DNA of 64,000 nt from a virus (Duplodnaviria; Heunggongvirae; Uroviricota; Caudoviricetes; Thumleimavirales; Hafunaviridae), in IMG/VR virus record IMGVR_UViG_2974794339_000001, positions 11,182 through 75,181 of that record, one strand, 5' to 3'. Numbering within the stretch: the stretch's first letter is position 1; each line of letters opens with the position of its first letter. The position numbers were made by a program, and so were the translations under genes. Under the pieces are notes generated by a model. It was not told the origin of the DNA. It saw nothing but the letters and a program-made list of their open reading frames with translations, and did no database searches. Shown here piece by piece: positions 10,297-19,508 of the stretch.

Positions 10297-11528
10297 CGAT
10301 TTCCCAAGACGGCTCTTTTGACGGCGACACCGAGGAGGAAATCCTCGATGCGATGATTGCCGACGCGAAGCAGTATTGGTCAGAGGACATTAAGGAGTCT
10401 GACCTTGCTGTAATCAGGCAGTTCTACCGGCCTATCGCTCGGCGTCTCGCACAGGCACAGGACGATATTGGACTTGTCCTCGAATCCACTCAGATTGACA
10501 ACGCCAGCGGCTCGGCTCTCAGTCTTCTCACGGCACTAATCGGAGTAAAGCGACAGCCTTCCGTCCGTGCTACGGGCGAGGTCACGTTCTCTCGTGAGAA
10601 CATCGCTGAGCTTGATTACAACATCCCGGCGGGGACGAAGGTTCAGACAGCCTCGGAGCCGCCGACGCAGTTCGTCACTACTCAGGGCGCGACTATCGAG
10701 CAGGGGACTTCGAGCGCGACCGCTCCGATTATCGCGGTGGAACCCGGCGCTGACGGAAACGTTGGCGCGAACGCGATTTCGGTTCTTCCGGTTCCGCTCG
10801 CGGGTATCGAGACGGTCACGAACGCGAACGAGACGGTCGCTGGCGAGAACGAGGAAACCGACGACCAGCTCCGCAAGCGGGCGAAGGAGGAGCTGGCCGA
10901 GGGTTCGAGCGCGACCGCTCCGGCGCTGGTGAGCGCGGTTCAAAACGTGGAGGGCGTCACGTCCGTCAGCATCCTCGTGAACGACACGAAGGACGACAAC
11001 GGGCGAGGACACAACCTCCCGTCTAACTCCGGCGAGCTGGTCGTCACGGGCGGCGAGGACGCGGATGTAGCGCAGGCTATCCTCGAAACGAAGGGGATGG
11101 ATTCGACCCTCGTGGCGGGAGTGAACGGTGTAGCCGTTCAGGGAGTCCCGGCGAATCTCCCGAACGGTCAGACGCTCCCGATTGACTTCTCGCGGGCGAA
11201 CCCCGTGACCATCTACATCGAGGCAGATGTTCAGGTCGATGCCAACTACGAGAGCAACGAGGACGTTCTGAACAACATCGTCGAGTACGTCGGCGGGCAG
11301 ACCGTCGAAGGCTTCGAGCGCGACGGCGAGCTTGGCGTGACGGACGACGTTCTGTACGGAGAGGTCGAATACCGGATTCGGGAAATCCCCGGCGTCTACG
11401 ACGTTACCTCTCTCAAGGTGGACAGGGTTAGTCCCCCGACCGGAACGAGCAACGTCTCGATTGGTGATATGGAGGAAGCGACGACCGACGCTCGGCAGGA
11501 CATTACGATTACGACGAGCGAGGTGTAG
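10293..11528 (+). CDS. baseplate J-like protein
   Basis: 411 aa; coupled start (ATGA); synteny W-J-I as in P2-like baseplates. Confidence 0.55.
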   Translation: MTISQDGSFDGDTEEEILDAMIADAKQYWSEDIKESDLAVIRQFYRPIARRLAQAQDDIGLVLESTQIDNASGSALSLLTALIGVKRQPSVRATGEVTFSRENIAELDYNIPAGTKVQTASEPPTQFVTTQGATIEQGTSSATAPIIAVEPGADGNVGANAISVLPVPLAGIETVTNANETVAGENEETDDQLRKRAKEELAEGSSATAPALVSAVQNVEGVTSVSILVNDTKDDNGRGHNLPSNSGELVVTGGEDADVAQAILETKGMDSTLVAGVNGVAVQGVPANLPNGQTLPIDFSRANPVTIYIEADVQVDANYESNEDVLNNIVEYVGGQTVEGFERDGELGVTDDVLYGEVEYRIREIPGVYDVTSLKVDRVSPPTGTSNVSIGDMEEATTDARQDITITTSEV

Positions 11529-11532
11529 CTGA

Positions 11533-12186
11533 ATGGCTACGCTTCACGAAGAAATCGAGGGACTGGTTGATTCTCTCCCGTCCTACTACGGGAACGGGGA
11601 GGACTCTGGTAACTGGAAACTGCTCGATGCGGTTGGTCGCCAAGTTGTAGACCTCGATGGTGACGTAGAGGAACTTGACCGCGAGACGACCGTTCAGGAT
11701 GCTCTGGACGTAAACTCTCTCGAAGAACTCGCGGGGATGGTTCAGGTTCAGCGGTACTCCGGTGAGAGCCGCGACCACTACCGGGCGCGGGTTATCGCGG
11801 AATACCAGCTCAACACGAGCGAGGGAACCACCGAGGACGTTTTCAACACGATGGCTACAATCCTCGGGTGCGAAATTGAGGACTTGTGGTTTCAGGACTG
11901 GCGGTTCCTCTTTGGAGAAGTTCACGACCGAGTGGTTTGTTTCCTTCTCCCCCACGACGACGTTCAGAACATCGACCTCTCGGGTGAGGAAATCTCGAAG
12001 GTCGCCCGGAAGCTCGCGCCGGTCGGGACGACGGTGAAGACTCAGTATAACGGCTCGCTTCGCTACAAGACGGAGGAGGACTTCGAGAGCGGGAACTGGA
12101 ACGGATACGAAAGCGGCTACGACGCTCTTGACTCCGAGGGCAACCCGACCGGCGAGGGCGGGACAAAAGGAGGACTGATTCAATAA
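11533..12186 (+). CDS. baseplate/tail protein gpI-like
   Basis: 217 aa following J-like gene. Confidence 0.4.
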   Translation: MATLHEEIEGLVDSLPSYYGNGEDSGNWKLLDAVGRQVVDLDGDVEELDRETTVQDALDVNSLEELAGMVQVQRYSGESRDHYRARVIAEYQLNTSEGTTEDVFNTMATILGCEIEDLWFQDWRFLFGEVHDRVVCFLLPHDDVQNIDLSGEEISKVARKLAPVGTTVKTQYNGSLRYKTEEDFESGNWNGYESGYDALDSEGNPTGEGGTKGGLIQ

Positions 12187-13593
12187 ATGGCGTACACTTC
12201 TAAGCTAAAGACGTGGGGAGCTACCGCTAACGAGCGGGCTGAGTTCCCTGATGGGTACAGGTACACGAAGGAAAACCCGCCCGTCACCCACTACGATAAC
12301 TTCCTCGTTCACAATCTCATCGAGGACGTTCAGCATCTCATCGACCTCACTAATCTCATCGACCCGGACAACGATGGGCAGGTCGCTGACGCCGAGACGA
12401 TTCAGGGGAAGTCCCCCGAACAGCTTGGTGGGTTCAAGTTCATTCAGTCGGACAACCCGACCGAGAACACGCAGGGGACAACGTGGTTCAAGAACAGTAA
12501 CCACCTTCTGTTCGTCTCTGACGGCTCCCGGTATGACGTGTTCCCCGAAATCGGCTATCAGGAATACGACTCGATGGCCCACAGCGACCTCGATGTTCTC
12601 CACGAGACGGTTCCGAGAACGAATCTCACGAAGGATGGTCGGATTATGCTCATCAACGAGCAGACCGTCGCTGACTTCGAGGAAACATACGAAGCGAACC
12701 ACGAGATGTGGTCTTGGACGAACGGAACATCTTTCCTCTCGGCTCAGTCGGGAACAGTTCTCTCTGGAACACAGTCACTTCAAATTCAGGCAAACGGAGA
12801 GCGTGCGACTCCCCACCTCTCTCGGGAAGCTCCGATTATCCAAGACCTCGAAGTGGCTGTTCAGGTGGAATCTGACACCGCGAACATCAACGATTTCGTT
12901 GGTATCGAGGTCTTCAACGGGACGACTCGGATTCTCCGTATCCAGTATAACGACGGTGACGGAAACGTTGAGCTGTTTACTGGTAGCGGTACGACCGAGT
13001 TGATGGCGAGCTGGAACGTGGGGACGACCCACGCTTACGAGTTCGATTGGGACTTCGTCAACGACCAGTACGACCTCTACATCGACGGGGTTCTCGATGG
13101 AACCTACTCGTTGGAAAGTGCGTCTTCTGGATGGGACGAGTTCCGAGTTGACAATAACGCGGCAAATTCCGGTAACACCCGGAACGTCTACGTTGACGAT
13201 ATTCACACGGGCGCTCGGGAGTACGGCGAAGCGGTCGTGAAGTTCCCGTCCCCGGACGAACGGATTAGGGATTGGGACTTGGTTCGGTACACCAAGACCC
13301 TCGCCGGAGAGTCCGTAATCATCGACGTGGAGGACGAGAACGGTAATGTCCTCATTCCTGACGTGGACAACAACGGCGACCTCAGCGCGGCAGTTGATGG
13401 GTCGTTGAACCCACAGTTCCGCGTTCGGATTAGCCGGGAGGATATGGCTAACAATCCCTCCTTCGATGCGGTGTTCCGCAGGTGGACGATGCGGCCCGGA
13501 GATAGCGGTATCTCGAACGAGGAAAAGGAGGAGTGGAAGGCGATGGATATGAGGGCGCGATACCGCCACACGCGGCTCGCTCGACGGCAATAA
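12187..13593 (+). CDS. tail fiber protein
   Basis: 468 aa after baseplate genes; beta-rich composition. Confidence 0.45.
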   Translation: MAYTSKLKTWGATANERAEFPDGYRYTKENPPVTHYDNFLVHNLIEDVQHLIDLTNLIDPDNDGQVADAETIQGKSPEQLGGFKFIQSDNPTENTQGTTWFKNSNHLLFVSDGSRYDVFPEIGYQEYDSMAHSDLDVLHETVPRTNLTKDGRIMLINEQTVADFEETYEANHEMWSWTNGTSFLSAQSGTVLSGTQSLQIQANGERATPHLSREAPIIQDLEVAVQVESDTANINDFVGIEVFNGTTRILRIQYNDGDGNVELFTGSGTTELMASWNVGTTHAYEFDWDFVNDQYDLYIDGVLDGTYSLESASSGWDEFRVDNNAANSGNTRNVYVDDIHTGAREYGEAVVKFPSPDERIRDWDLVRYTKTLAGESVIIDVEDENGNVLIPDVDNNGDLSAAVDGSLNPQFRVRISREDMANNPSFDAVFRRWTMRPGDSGISNEEKEEWKAMDMRARYRHTRLARRQ

Positions 13594-13610
13594 CACGCAA
13601 TTTCTAAACT

Positions 13611-14813
13611 ATGGTTAATTACGGAAGCGGTCAGCTTGGCGACGTAACGATTACTACGAATACTACCAAGAATACTCCCGTTCTTGAGTACGAAAATCTC
13701 ACCGTTGAGGAGGGTGTAACGTTCACTCTCCCATCCCGATGCCGTTTGATGGTCAGGGACACTCTGAAGGTTGACGGCGAAATCGTTGTTCAGAAGGACA
13801 TTTCCGGTAATGGAAGTGGTGGCCCGAAGGGTGGTAATTCGGGTGGGAACCTTGAGTTGATGGCTCGAAATATCACCGGAACTGGAGTCATTCAAACAAA
13901 TGGTTCTTCCGGTGCAAGTGGAAACAATGTCGGCAATCGAAATAATGGGGGTATGGGTGCTGGATACAGCATCCCGGCTACCGGAGCGAGTGGTTCCGGT
14001 GGAACTGGAGCCTCTAAAGGTTCCAGCGCACACGATGATATAGAGAATAACTGGAACGGGAATACAAATGGTGGAGGCGCTGGAAGCGCACGCTCTACTA
14101 TCTATAATGACTCTAATCTGAAGTCATACATCGAGGACTACCTCATCTCCGGCGCTTACATTACGCAGAGTCCTCTCGACACTATTCTACCCGGCTCTGG
14201 TAGTTCTGGTGCTGGTGGTGGTTATAAAACTCTCGATGACCCCACTCGGAATAATAACTACGCCACCTATCGTGTAGATGTTGGCGGAGGTGGTGGTGGT
14301 GCTGGTGGTAGCTTCGTCTCAAAGGGTGGAGCTGGTGGTAATGGCGACGACGACCAAGCCTATGACAACCACTACATCGACAACAACAGCGATGCAAACT
14401 ACAACTCTAACGGGTATGCTCAAATTAAAGGAGGACAGTCTGGTGCTGGTGGGGGTGCTGGAGGCTTTATCCTTCTTGTTTCTGAGAACGTTGGACTCGA
14501 TGTTACAATCTCCGCACGGGGCGGCAATGGTGGAGATGGTTATTGGAGCAAAGTCGAAGGAAGAAATGTTGAATCTAATAACACGACGAACTTCTCCTAC
14601 GCAGAATCGAAGCGTGACGGCGGTGGTGGCGGTGGTGGAGCCGGTGGCCTCGTTATTGGGTTCACCGACAAGACTCCGAACCTTGACCTAACGGGAGGTA
14701 GTGGTGGTATCCCCGGCGGTCAGCGCCGCGATGGGTCGAACTTCAACTCGAACGCAGGAAAGAACGGACAGGAGGGCGTGACGTTCCTCTACGATATTAA
14801 GGAGTTGCTGTAA
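13611..14813 (+). CDS. glycine-rich tail fiber/adhesin
   Basis: 400 aa with many GGxGG/GGGGGAGG repeats and N/S/T-rich stretches, typical of fiber/receptor-binding proteins. Confidence 0.45.
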   Translation: MVNYGSGQLGDVTITTNTTKNTPVLEYENLTVEEGVTFTLPSRCRLMVRDTLKVDGEIVVQKDISGNGSGGPKGGNSGGNLELMARNITGTGVIQTNGSSGASGNNVGNRNNGGMGAGYSIPATGASGSGGTGASKGSSAHDDIENNWNGNTNGGGAGSARSTIYNDSNLKSYIEDYLISGAYITQSPLDTILPGSGSSGAGGGYKTLDDPTRNNNYATYRVDVGGGGGGAGGSFVSKGGAGGNGDDDQAYDNHYIDNNSDANYNSNGYAQIKGGQSGAGGGAGGFILLVSENVGLDVTISARGGNGGDGYWSKVEGRNVESNNTTNFSYAESKRDGGGGGGGAGGLVIGFTDKTPNLDLTGGSGGIPGGQRRDGSNFNSNAGKNGQEGVTFLYDIKELL

Positions 14814-14814
14814 A

Positions 14815-15186
14815 ATGGTTCAGGAAATTACTGTTCTGGTAGTCCCTCCGGGCTACGATGGAAACGATATGGGTGACCCTCGGGTTGATGAAGTTGAAGT
14901 TGACCCGACGATTGAGGAATCCTATCTCGATAGCAGGATTGTCTCTGATGAGGGTTCGAGTGCTGTTGACCGCGCTCTGGTGAACCGAGAGCGGAAAGAG
15001 TTGATTGCTGACGCGATTCTCACCTATCAGGAGGAATCCTCTAAGGAGGCTCCTGACGTTCAGGTACAACTGGATTCGCTTGAGAAAGCGGTATCCTATA
15101 TGTGGGACGTTGTGAGCGGCGAAGACGTTGGTTCTGAATCACAGCGTAGTGCTGACGCGGAAACTGACGGTTCTACCTCGGCGTAA
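14815..15186 (+). CDS. hypothetical acidic protein (123 aa), possibly fiber assembly
   Basis: Start 2 nt after previous stop. Confidence 0.4.
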   Translation: MVQEITVLVVPPGYDGNDMGDPRVDEVEVDPTIEESYLDSRIVSDEGSSAVDRALVNRERKELIADAILTYQEESSKEAPDVQVQLDSLEKAVSYMWDVVSGEDVGSESQRSADAETDGSTSA

Positions 15187-15207
15187 GCCGGGGTTCTTTT
15201 TCTTTCT

Positions 15208-15699
15208 ATGTTCCCGAGATTTCTACTCGATAGTGACGACGACTGGCAAGAGGGTCTACGAGCGTGGCTGTATCCACGACTACACCCGTTCCTAACCCCG
15301 TTCGGCGGATATGGCGTCGGTGAGACGCGACTGAATCAGTACGTCGGTGCGTTCTCAGAAGGGGAGGAAAGCATCGAGTTGGAGCTGGTCGATGCTGGTT
15401 TCCGCCGGAATCCGATTGCGTGTTTCAAGTCGCTTCCCGATGGGCGCGAGAGCGAAGGGTCGTGGGTTCTCATTCCAGAGGACGCCCCCGACTACGTTGC
15501 TCCGGGGATGCAACTTCACGTAACGATGTTCAAGAGAGCGGATGGGCAGAAAGGCCGCGAGATGTACGCCCACTACGAAGACGATTGGCGTTCGGCTCCG
15601 GTCGCTCATCTCCGCGCAGAGAACTTCAGCGCCGCCGCTGGCGTTGATATTGCGCGGGATTACTTAGACAAGGAGACGTTCCTTGTCCGGCAAGAATAG
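15208..15699 (+). CDS. hypothetical protein (163 aa)
   Basis: Last + strand ORF of tail module. Confidence 0.4.
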   Translation: MFPRFLLDSDDDWQEGLRAWLYPRLHPFLTPFGGYGVGETRLNQYVGAFSEGEESIELELVDAGFRRNPIACFKSLPDGRESEGSWVLIPEDAPDYVAPGMQLHVTMFKRADGQKGREMYAHYEDDWRSAPVAHLRAENFSAAAGVDIARDYLDKETFLVRQE

Positions 15700-15706
15700 T
15701 AGCTAA

Positions 15707-16594
15707 TTATTTTCGGTGGAAGGGACAGGACGAGCCTTCAGATTCATCATCTGACCCTACTGCTTCAGAGGGTAGCATCCGCGACCCCGGCTTTGCCTGC
15801 CAGCGACGGTCGCGGTACGTCGATACGTGTGAGCCAAGCTCCGTCTGAGTCCGTTGCTGTTCGAGGGCTTCTTCGTCCGTCATTGGGCGTGAGGTCGCGT
15901 CGGTGAGCATCGCGTCTCTCTTAAACGGAATTACCTGAACGATTGGCGTTCCGGCATCGAGGACTCCCTCGAAGTCGCCACCCGTCCACATGAACGGCGC
16001 GTTCACGTAGTTGAAGTAGTTATCGAGGTCTACGACGCCCGAGAAAGGTGTGAAGGGCTGTCCGGGGCGATTCAGCGGGTTAGTGATGAGAGCAGAGTAT
16101 CCGTCTGGAATCTTCATACACCACCAGTTGTGGAACTTAAGAATAGGCCACTCGTGCTTCGGGAACATCTCACCCCCAACTTGTCCCATACTGTGAGACG
16201 AAATCATGTCTCGCTGAAACTCCCACTCGTATTCCACGTATCCGTTTTCCGCTCTGAACATTACCTCAGCGGAGAGGGGTATAATCCATCCCATAGTCAT
16301 TGCCTCCATAAACGGAGCGCAACGCTTGACTGTGGAATTTGAAAGTTGGGAGCGGGAGTTAGTCGAACCCCCGTCGTCTTCTCTGCTAACGTATTGGCCG
16401 AGCTTCTTATACCAGTCCGGCAGAACCTTGTTCGCCGGAATCGGCTCGGGAATCGCCCCGTACAGTTCTTCTTCGGTCACGAACTCGATGAGCTGGTCTT
16501 CTTCCGGTTCTTCTTCTGCTGGCGTACCGTCAGGACGAACTTTGGTAGAGAGGTCACTAACGGCGCTGGTTACACTCGAAAAATCCATCTTCAC
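15707..16594 (-). CDS. conserved-looking hypothetical protein (295 aa)
   Basis: Clean frame; W/F/H-rich core; ATG sits immediately after a copy of the recurrent promoter motif (leaderless-like). Confidence 0.5.
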   Translation of the reverse strand: MKMDFSSVTSAVSDLSTKVRPDGTPAEEEPEEDQLIEFVTEEELYGAIPEPIPANKVLPDWYKKLGQYVSREDDGGSTNSRSQLSNSTVKRCAPFMEAMTMGWIIPLSAEVMFRAENGYVEYEWEFQRDMISSHSMGQVGGEMFPKHEWPILKFHNWWCMKIPDGYSALITNPLNRPGQPFTPFSGVVDLDNYFNYVNAPFMWTGGDFEGVLDAGTPIVQVIPFKRDAMLTDATSRPMTDEEALEQQRTQTELGSHVSTYRDRRWQAKPGSRMLPSEAVGSDDESEGSSCPFHRK

Positions 16595-16640
16595 TCTAAT
16601 AGACGTGAGCTAAGGACTTAAAGATTCCTCTTTGAGTCTT
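16585..16640 (-). promoter_or_regulatory. recurrent promoter-like motif (rc orientation) driving gene starting at 16594
   Basis: CTCACTCTAATAGACG…GACTTAAAGA…TTTGAGTCTTTAA on + text; TTTAAG TATA-like element about 30 nt upstream of the ATG on the minus strand. Confidence 0.45.
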
Positions 16641-16653
16641 TAATACTCAACAA

Positions 16654-16779
16654 TATGATACCTGAACTCGCAAACACTCCGCCCCTCGTAGCTTGGGCGC
16701 TCGGCTTCTTCATGGCATTGGCACTCAAACGCGGTCGAATCGAGCAGATAATCGACCGATTCCTCCCGACAGACGACTA
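16654..16779 (+). CDS. small predicted membrane protein (41 aa)
   Basis: ATG…TAA frame with hydrophobic core (…PLVAWALGFFMALAL…); flanked by inverted copies of the promoter motif. Confidence 0.25.
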
Positions 16780-16792
16780 ACACTCTAAGAAC

Positions 16793-16850
16793 AAAGTCGG
16801 TATCTTTAAGTCTTTAGTTACCGTCTATTAGAGTGAGGAGCTTGCGACGA
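16793..16850 (+). promoter_or_regulatory. recurrent promoter-like motif upstream of RNR gene
   Basis: ATCTTTAAGTCTTTAGTTACCGTCTATTAGAGTGAGGAG; near-identical copy at 46778-46836. Confidence 0.45.
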
Positions 16851-17021
16851 AGCGAACCTAACTGGTTCACTCAAAATCCACCCCACACTACCTGATTGGG
16901 TAGTGTGGGGCCTTTTTCCATCTAACTGATTCACTTAGTTGAGACTGAGATAGAACAAACACCTCGATGTAGTGAATCACTCTGAGTAGTCCACCTACTA
17001 TACTACTATACTATACACAAA

Positions 17022-19442
17022 ATGTCCGTAGTCACTACTGAAACCGAAACCGAAGAACAGACTGTTGAAACTCCTATCAAGACCGCCGACGATTCTCTCA
17101 CCGTAGAAGAACGCCTTACTGACAACGCCCTCCACGGTATCCTCCCGGCCCGCTACTTCCGAAAGGACTCGGAGGGTAACATCATCGAGGATGCTGACGA
17201 CCTGTTCCGACGAGTCGCTGAGAACGTCGCAGGGGCCGAGGTATCCGACGAGGATTACGAAACGTGGGCTGACGAGTTTGAACACCAGATGAAGACGCTC
17301 CGGTTTATGCCGAACAGCCCGACGCTGATGAACGCCGGGACGGACATGAACCAGCTCTCTGCTTGTTTCGTAATCGAGCCGCGCGACGACATGGAAGATA
17401 TTTTCGAGACGGCTCAGCAGGCCGCTCTCATCTTCCAGAGCGGAGGCGGCGTCGGGTATGCCTTCTCCCACCTCCGACCGAAGGGCGCGTTCATCAACTC
17501 CACGGGCGGCGAAGCGAGCGGCCCGGTGTCCTTCATGCGAGTCTTCGATGAGACGTGTAATCAGGTGAAGCAGGGCGGGAAGCGTCGTGGCGCTCAGATG
17601 GGTATTCTCCGCGCCGACCACCCGGACATTGGCCGGTTCATCGTGGCGAAGCGGAACGAGGGCGACCTTGCGAACTTCAACATCTCGGTCGCTACGACGG
17701 ATAGCTTCATCGAGGCAGTTGACGCTCAGGACTCCTACACGCTGTTCGACCCGGAGACGGACTACGAGGAGCCGTACACCGTCCGAGAGGCGTCGGCCCA
17801 CTTCTACTCCCCCGAGTATCAGGACAATCCGCGTGACGCCTTTGACGACGGTGAGGGAGCTATCGTCGCGGAGAACCTGTGGCGAGACTACGCCGACGAA
17901 ATCGAGTGTGAGCTGTTCGGGGAGCGCGTGACGCTCCGCGAGAAGTGGGAGGGCCACGAGGGTCTTCGCCTCGACGTGGGTGAGCCGATGGAGCTTCCCG
18001 CCGCGTTCATTTGGGACGTGATGATTGACGGGGCGTGGCGGAACGGTGAGCCGGGCCTGTTCAACTTCGAGGAGTCGAACCGCCAGCACTCCTTCGACGT
18101 GGAGAAGTACCCCGAGTTCCGCATGAACGCGACTAACCCCTGCGCCGAGCAGATGCTCGTGGAGTACGAGGCGTGCAACCTCGGCCACATCAACCTCAGC
18201 CTGATGCTGAACGAGGACGCCCCGACCTACGACGAGTTTCTGAGCGACAAGCTGGATTCAATCGCTACTGGCGACCTTTCCACCCGCGAAGCCGTGGAGT
18301 GGTACTTCGAGGAGGTCACGAACTTTGAAGACCTGAATCGAACCATCGAGGCGGGTACTCGATTCCTCGATAACGTGGTCACGCAGTCCGACTTCCCCAT
18401 CCCTGAGATTACCGAGCGCGTCAACGGGATGCGGAAAATCGGACTCGGCATTATGGGCTTCGCTCAGATGCTTTTCCAGATGGGGATTCCCTACGGGACG
18501 CAGGACTCCTACGAGATGGCTCGCGCCGTCATGCGGTATATCGACCGGAAGGGAACGTGGGCGTCTCACAATCTCGCCAAGGAGCGCGGTGTGTTCTCCT
18601 ACTGGGACAAGTCGAAGTACGCCGACCCGACCGAGTACGACGAGTGGTTCGCGGCCCGTACCGGACTTGACCCGAACGACTGGAAGGGAGGGTTCCCCAT
18701 CCGAAACCACAACATCACGACAATCGCCCCGACCGGGACGACCTCGATGCTGGCGAACACGACGGGTGGGTGTGAGCCTGCATACAACGTGGCGAACTTC
18801 AAGAACGTCAGCGAGGACATTCAGGGCGACGACCTGCTCGTGGAGTTTGACGACTACTTCCTTCGGACGCTCGAAGCGAACGACCTCGATGTGGAGAGCA
18901 TCAAGGAGGAAGCCGAGCGGCTGATGCGGAACAACGAGTTTGAGGGGGTCAACGACCTCTCCATCCCTGAGGAGGTCGCGGAAATCTTCGTGACCACGCA
19001 AGACCTGTCCTCTGAACAGCACGGGCTGATGCAGAGAGCGTTCCAAGAGTTCTGCGACTCAGGCATCAGCAAGACGGTCAACCTCCCGAACGAAGCGACA
19101 CACGACGACGTGGCGGACGCCTACCAGCTCGCCCTCGATAAGAACCGACGTGGTGCGGTTATCAAGGGCCTCACCGTGTACCGGGACGGCTCTCGGGACG
19201 AACAGGTGCTTACGACTCGTGTGGACAACAATCTGGACGACGAGGAGGAGCGTGACGACGACCTGCTCGAACTATACCTCAAGGGTGAAGTGAGCGAGAA
19301 AGCCGCCGTTCAGCTCGGTATCGTCGGAGAGGACGACGTGGGTTCGGATACGCTCACCTGCCCGGAGTGTGGTGACGGTGAGCTTGAGAAGACGGACGAC
19401 TGTGCGGTGTGTCCCGAGTGTTGGTACTCGCCGTGCAAGTAG
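17022..19442 (+). CDS. nrdJ: ribonucleotide reductase, class II (adenosylcobalamin-dependent) with C-terminal Zn-ribbon
   Basis: 806 aa; active-site region …NPCAEQMLVEYEACNLGHINLS…; no small subunit gene nearby; C-terminal CPECGDGE…CAVCPEC zinc ribbon. Confidence 0.8.
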   Translation: MSVVTTETETEEQTVETPIKTADDSLTVEERLTDNALHGILPARYFRKDSEGNIIEDADDLFRRVAENVAGAEVSDEDYETWADEFEHQMKTLRFMPNSPTLMNAGTDMNQLSACFVIEPRDDMEDIFETAQQAALIFQSGGGVGYAFSHLRPKGAFINSTGGEASGPVSFMRVFDETCNQVKQGGKRRGAQMGILRADHPDIGRFIVAKRNEGDLANFNISVATTDSFIEAVDAQDSYTLFDPETDYEEPYTVREASAHFYSPEYQDNPRDAFDDGEGAIVAENLWRDYADEIECELFGERVTLREKWEGHEGLRLDVGEPMELPAAFIWDVMIDGAWRNGEPGLFNFEESNRQHSFDVEKYPEFRMNATNPCAEQMLVEYEACNLGHINLSLMLNEDAPTYDEFLSDKLDSIATGDLSTREAVEWYFEEVTNFEDLNRTIEAGTRFLDNVVTQSDFPIPEITERVNGMRKIGLGIMGFAQMLFQMGIPYGTQDSYEMARAVMRYIDRKGTWASHNLAKERGVFSYWDKSKYADPTEYDEWFAARTGLDPNDWKGGFPIRNHNITTIAPTGTTSMLANTTGGCEPAYNVANFKNVSEDIQGDDLLVEFDDYFLRTLEANDLDVESIKEEAERLMRNNEFEGVNDLSIPEEVAEIFVTTQDLSSEQHGLMQRAFQEFCDSGISKTVNLPNEATHDDVADAYQLALDKNRRGAVIKGLTVYRDGSRDEQVLTTRVDNNLDDEEERDDDLLELYLKGEVSEKAAVQLGIVGEDDVGSDTLTCPECGDGELEKTDDCAVCPECWYSPCK

Positions 19443-19454
19443 ACTGAGGTAATC

Positions 19455-19500
19455 AGTTAGCAAGCTTCCCCCATCGGGCCTTACGGCTCGGTGGGGGATT
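19455..19500. terminator. bidirectional hairpin + T-tract between convergent RNR and methyltransferase genes
   Basis: CCCCCATCGGGCC-TTAC-GGCTCGGTGGGGG followed by ATTTTTTG. Confidence 0.35.
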
Positions 19501-19508
19501 TTTTGCGT

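Noticed and set aside
16998-18188. 396-aa minus-strand ORF antisense to the RNR gene
   Set aside because: R/V/L-rich antisense shadow; RNR frame carries strong catalytic motifs.
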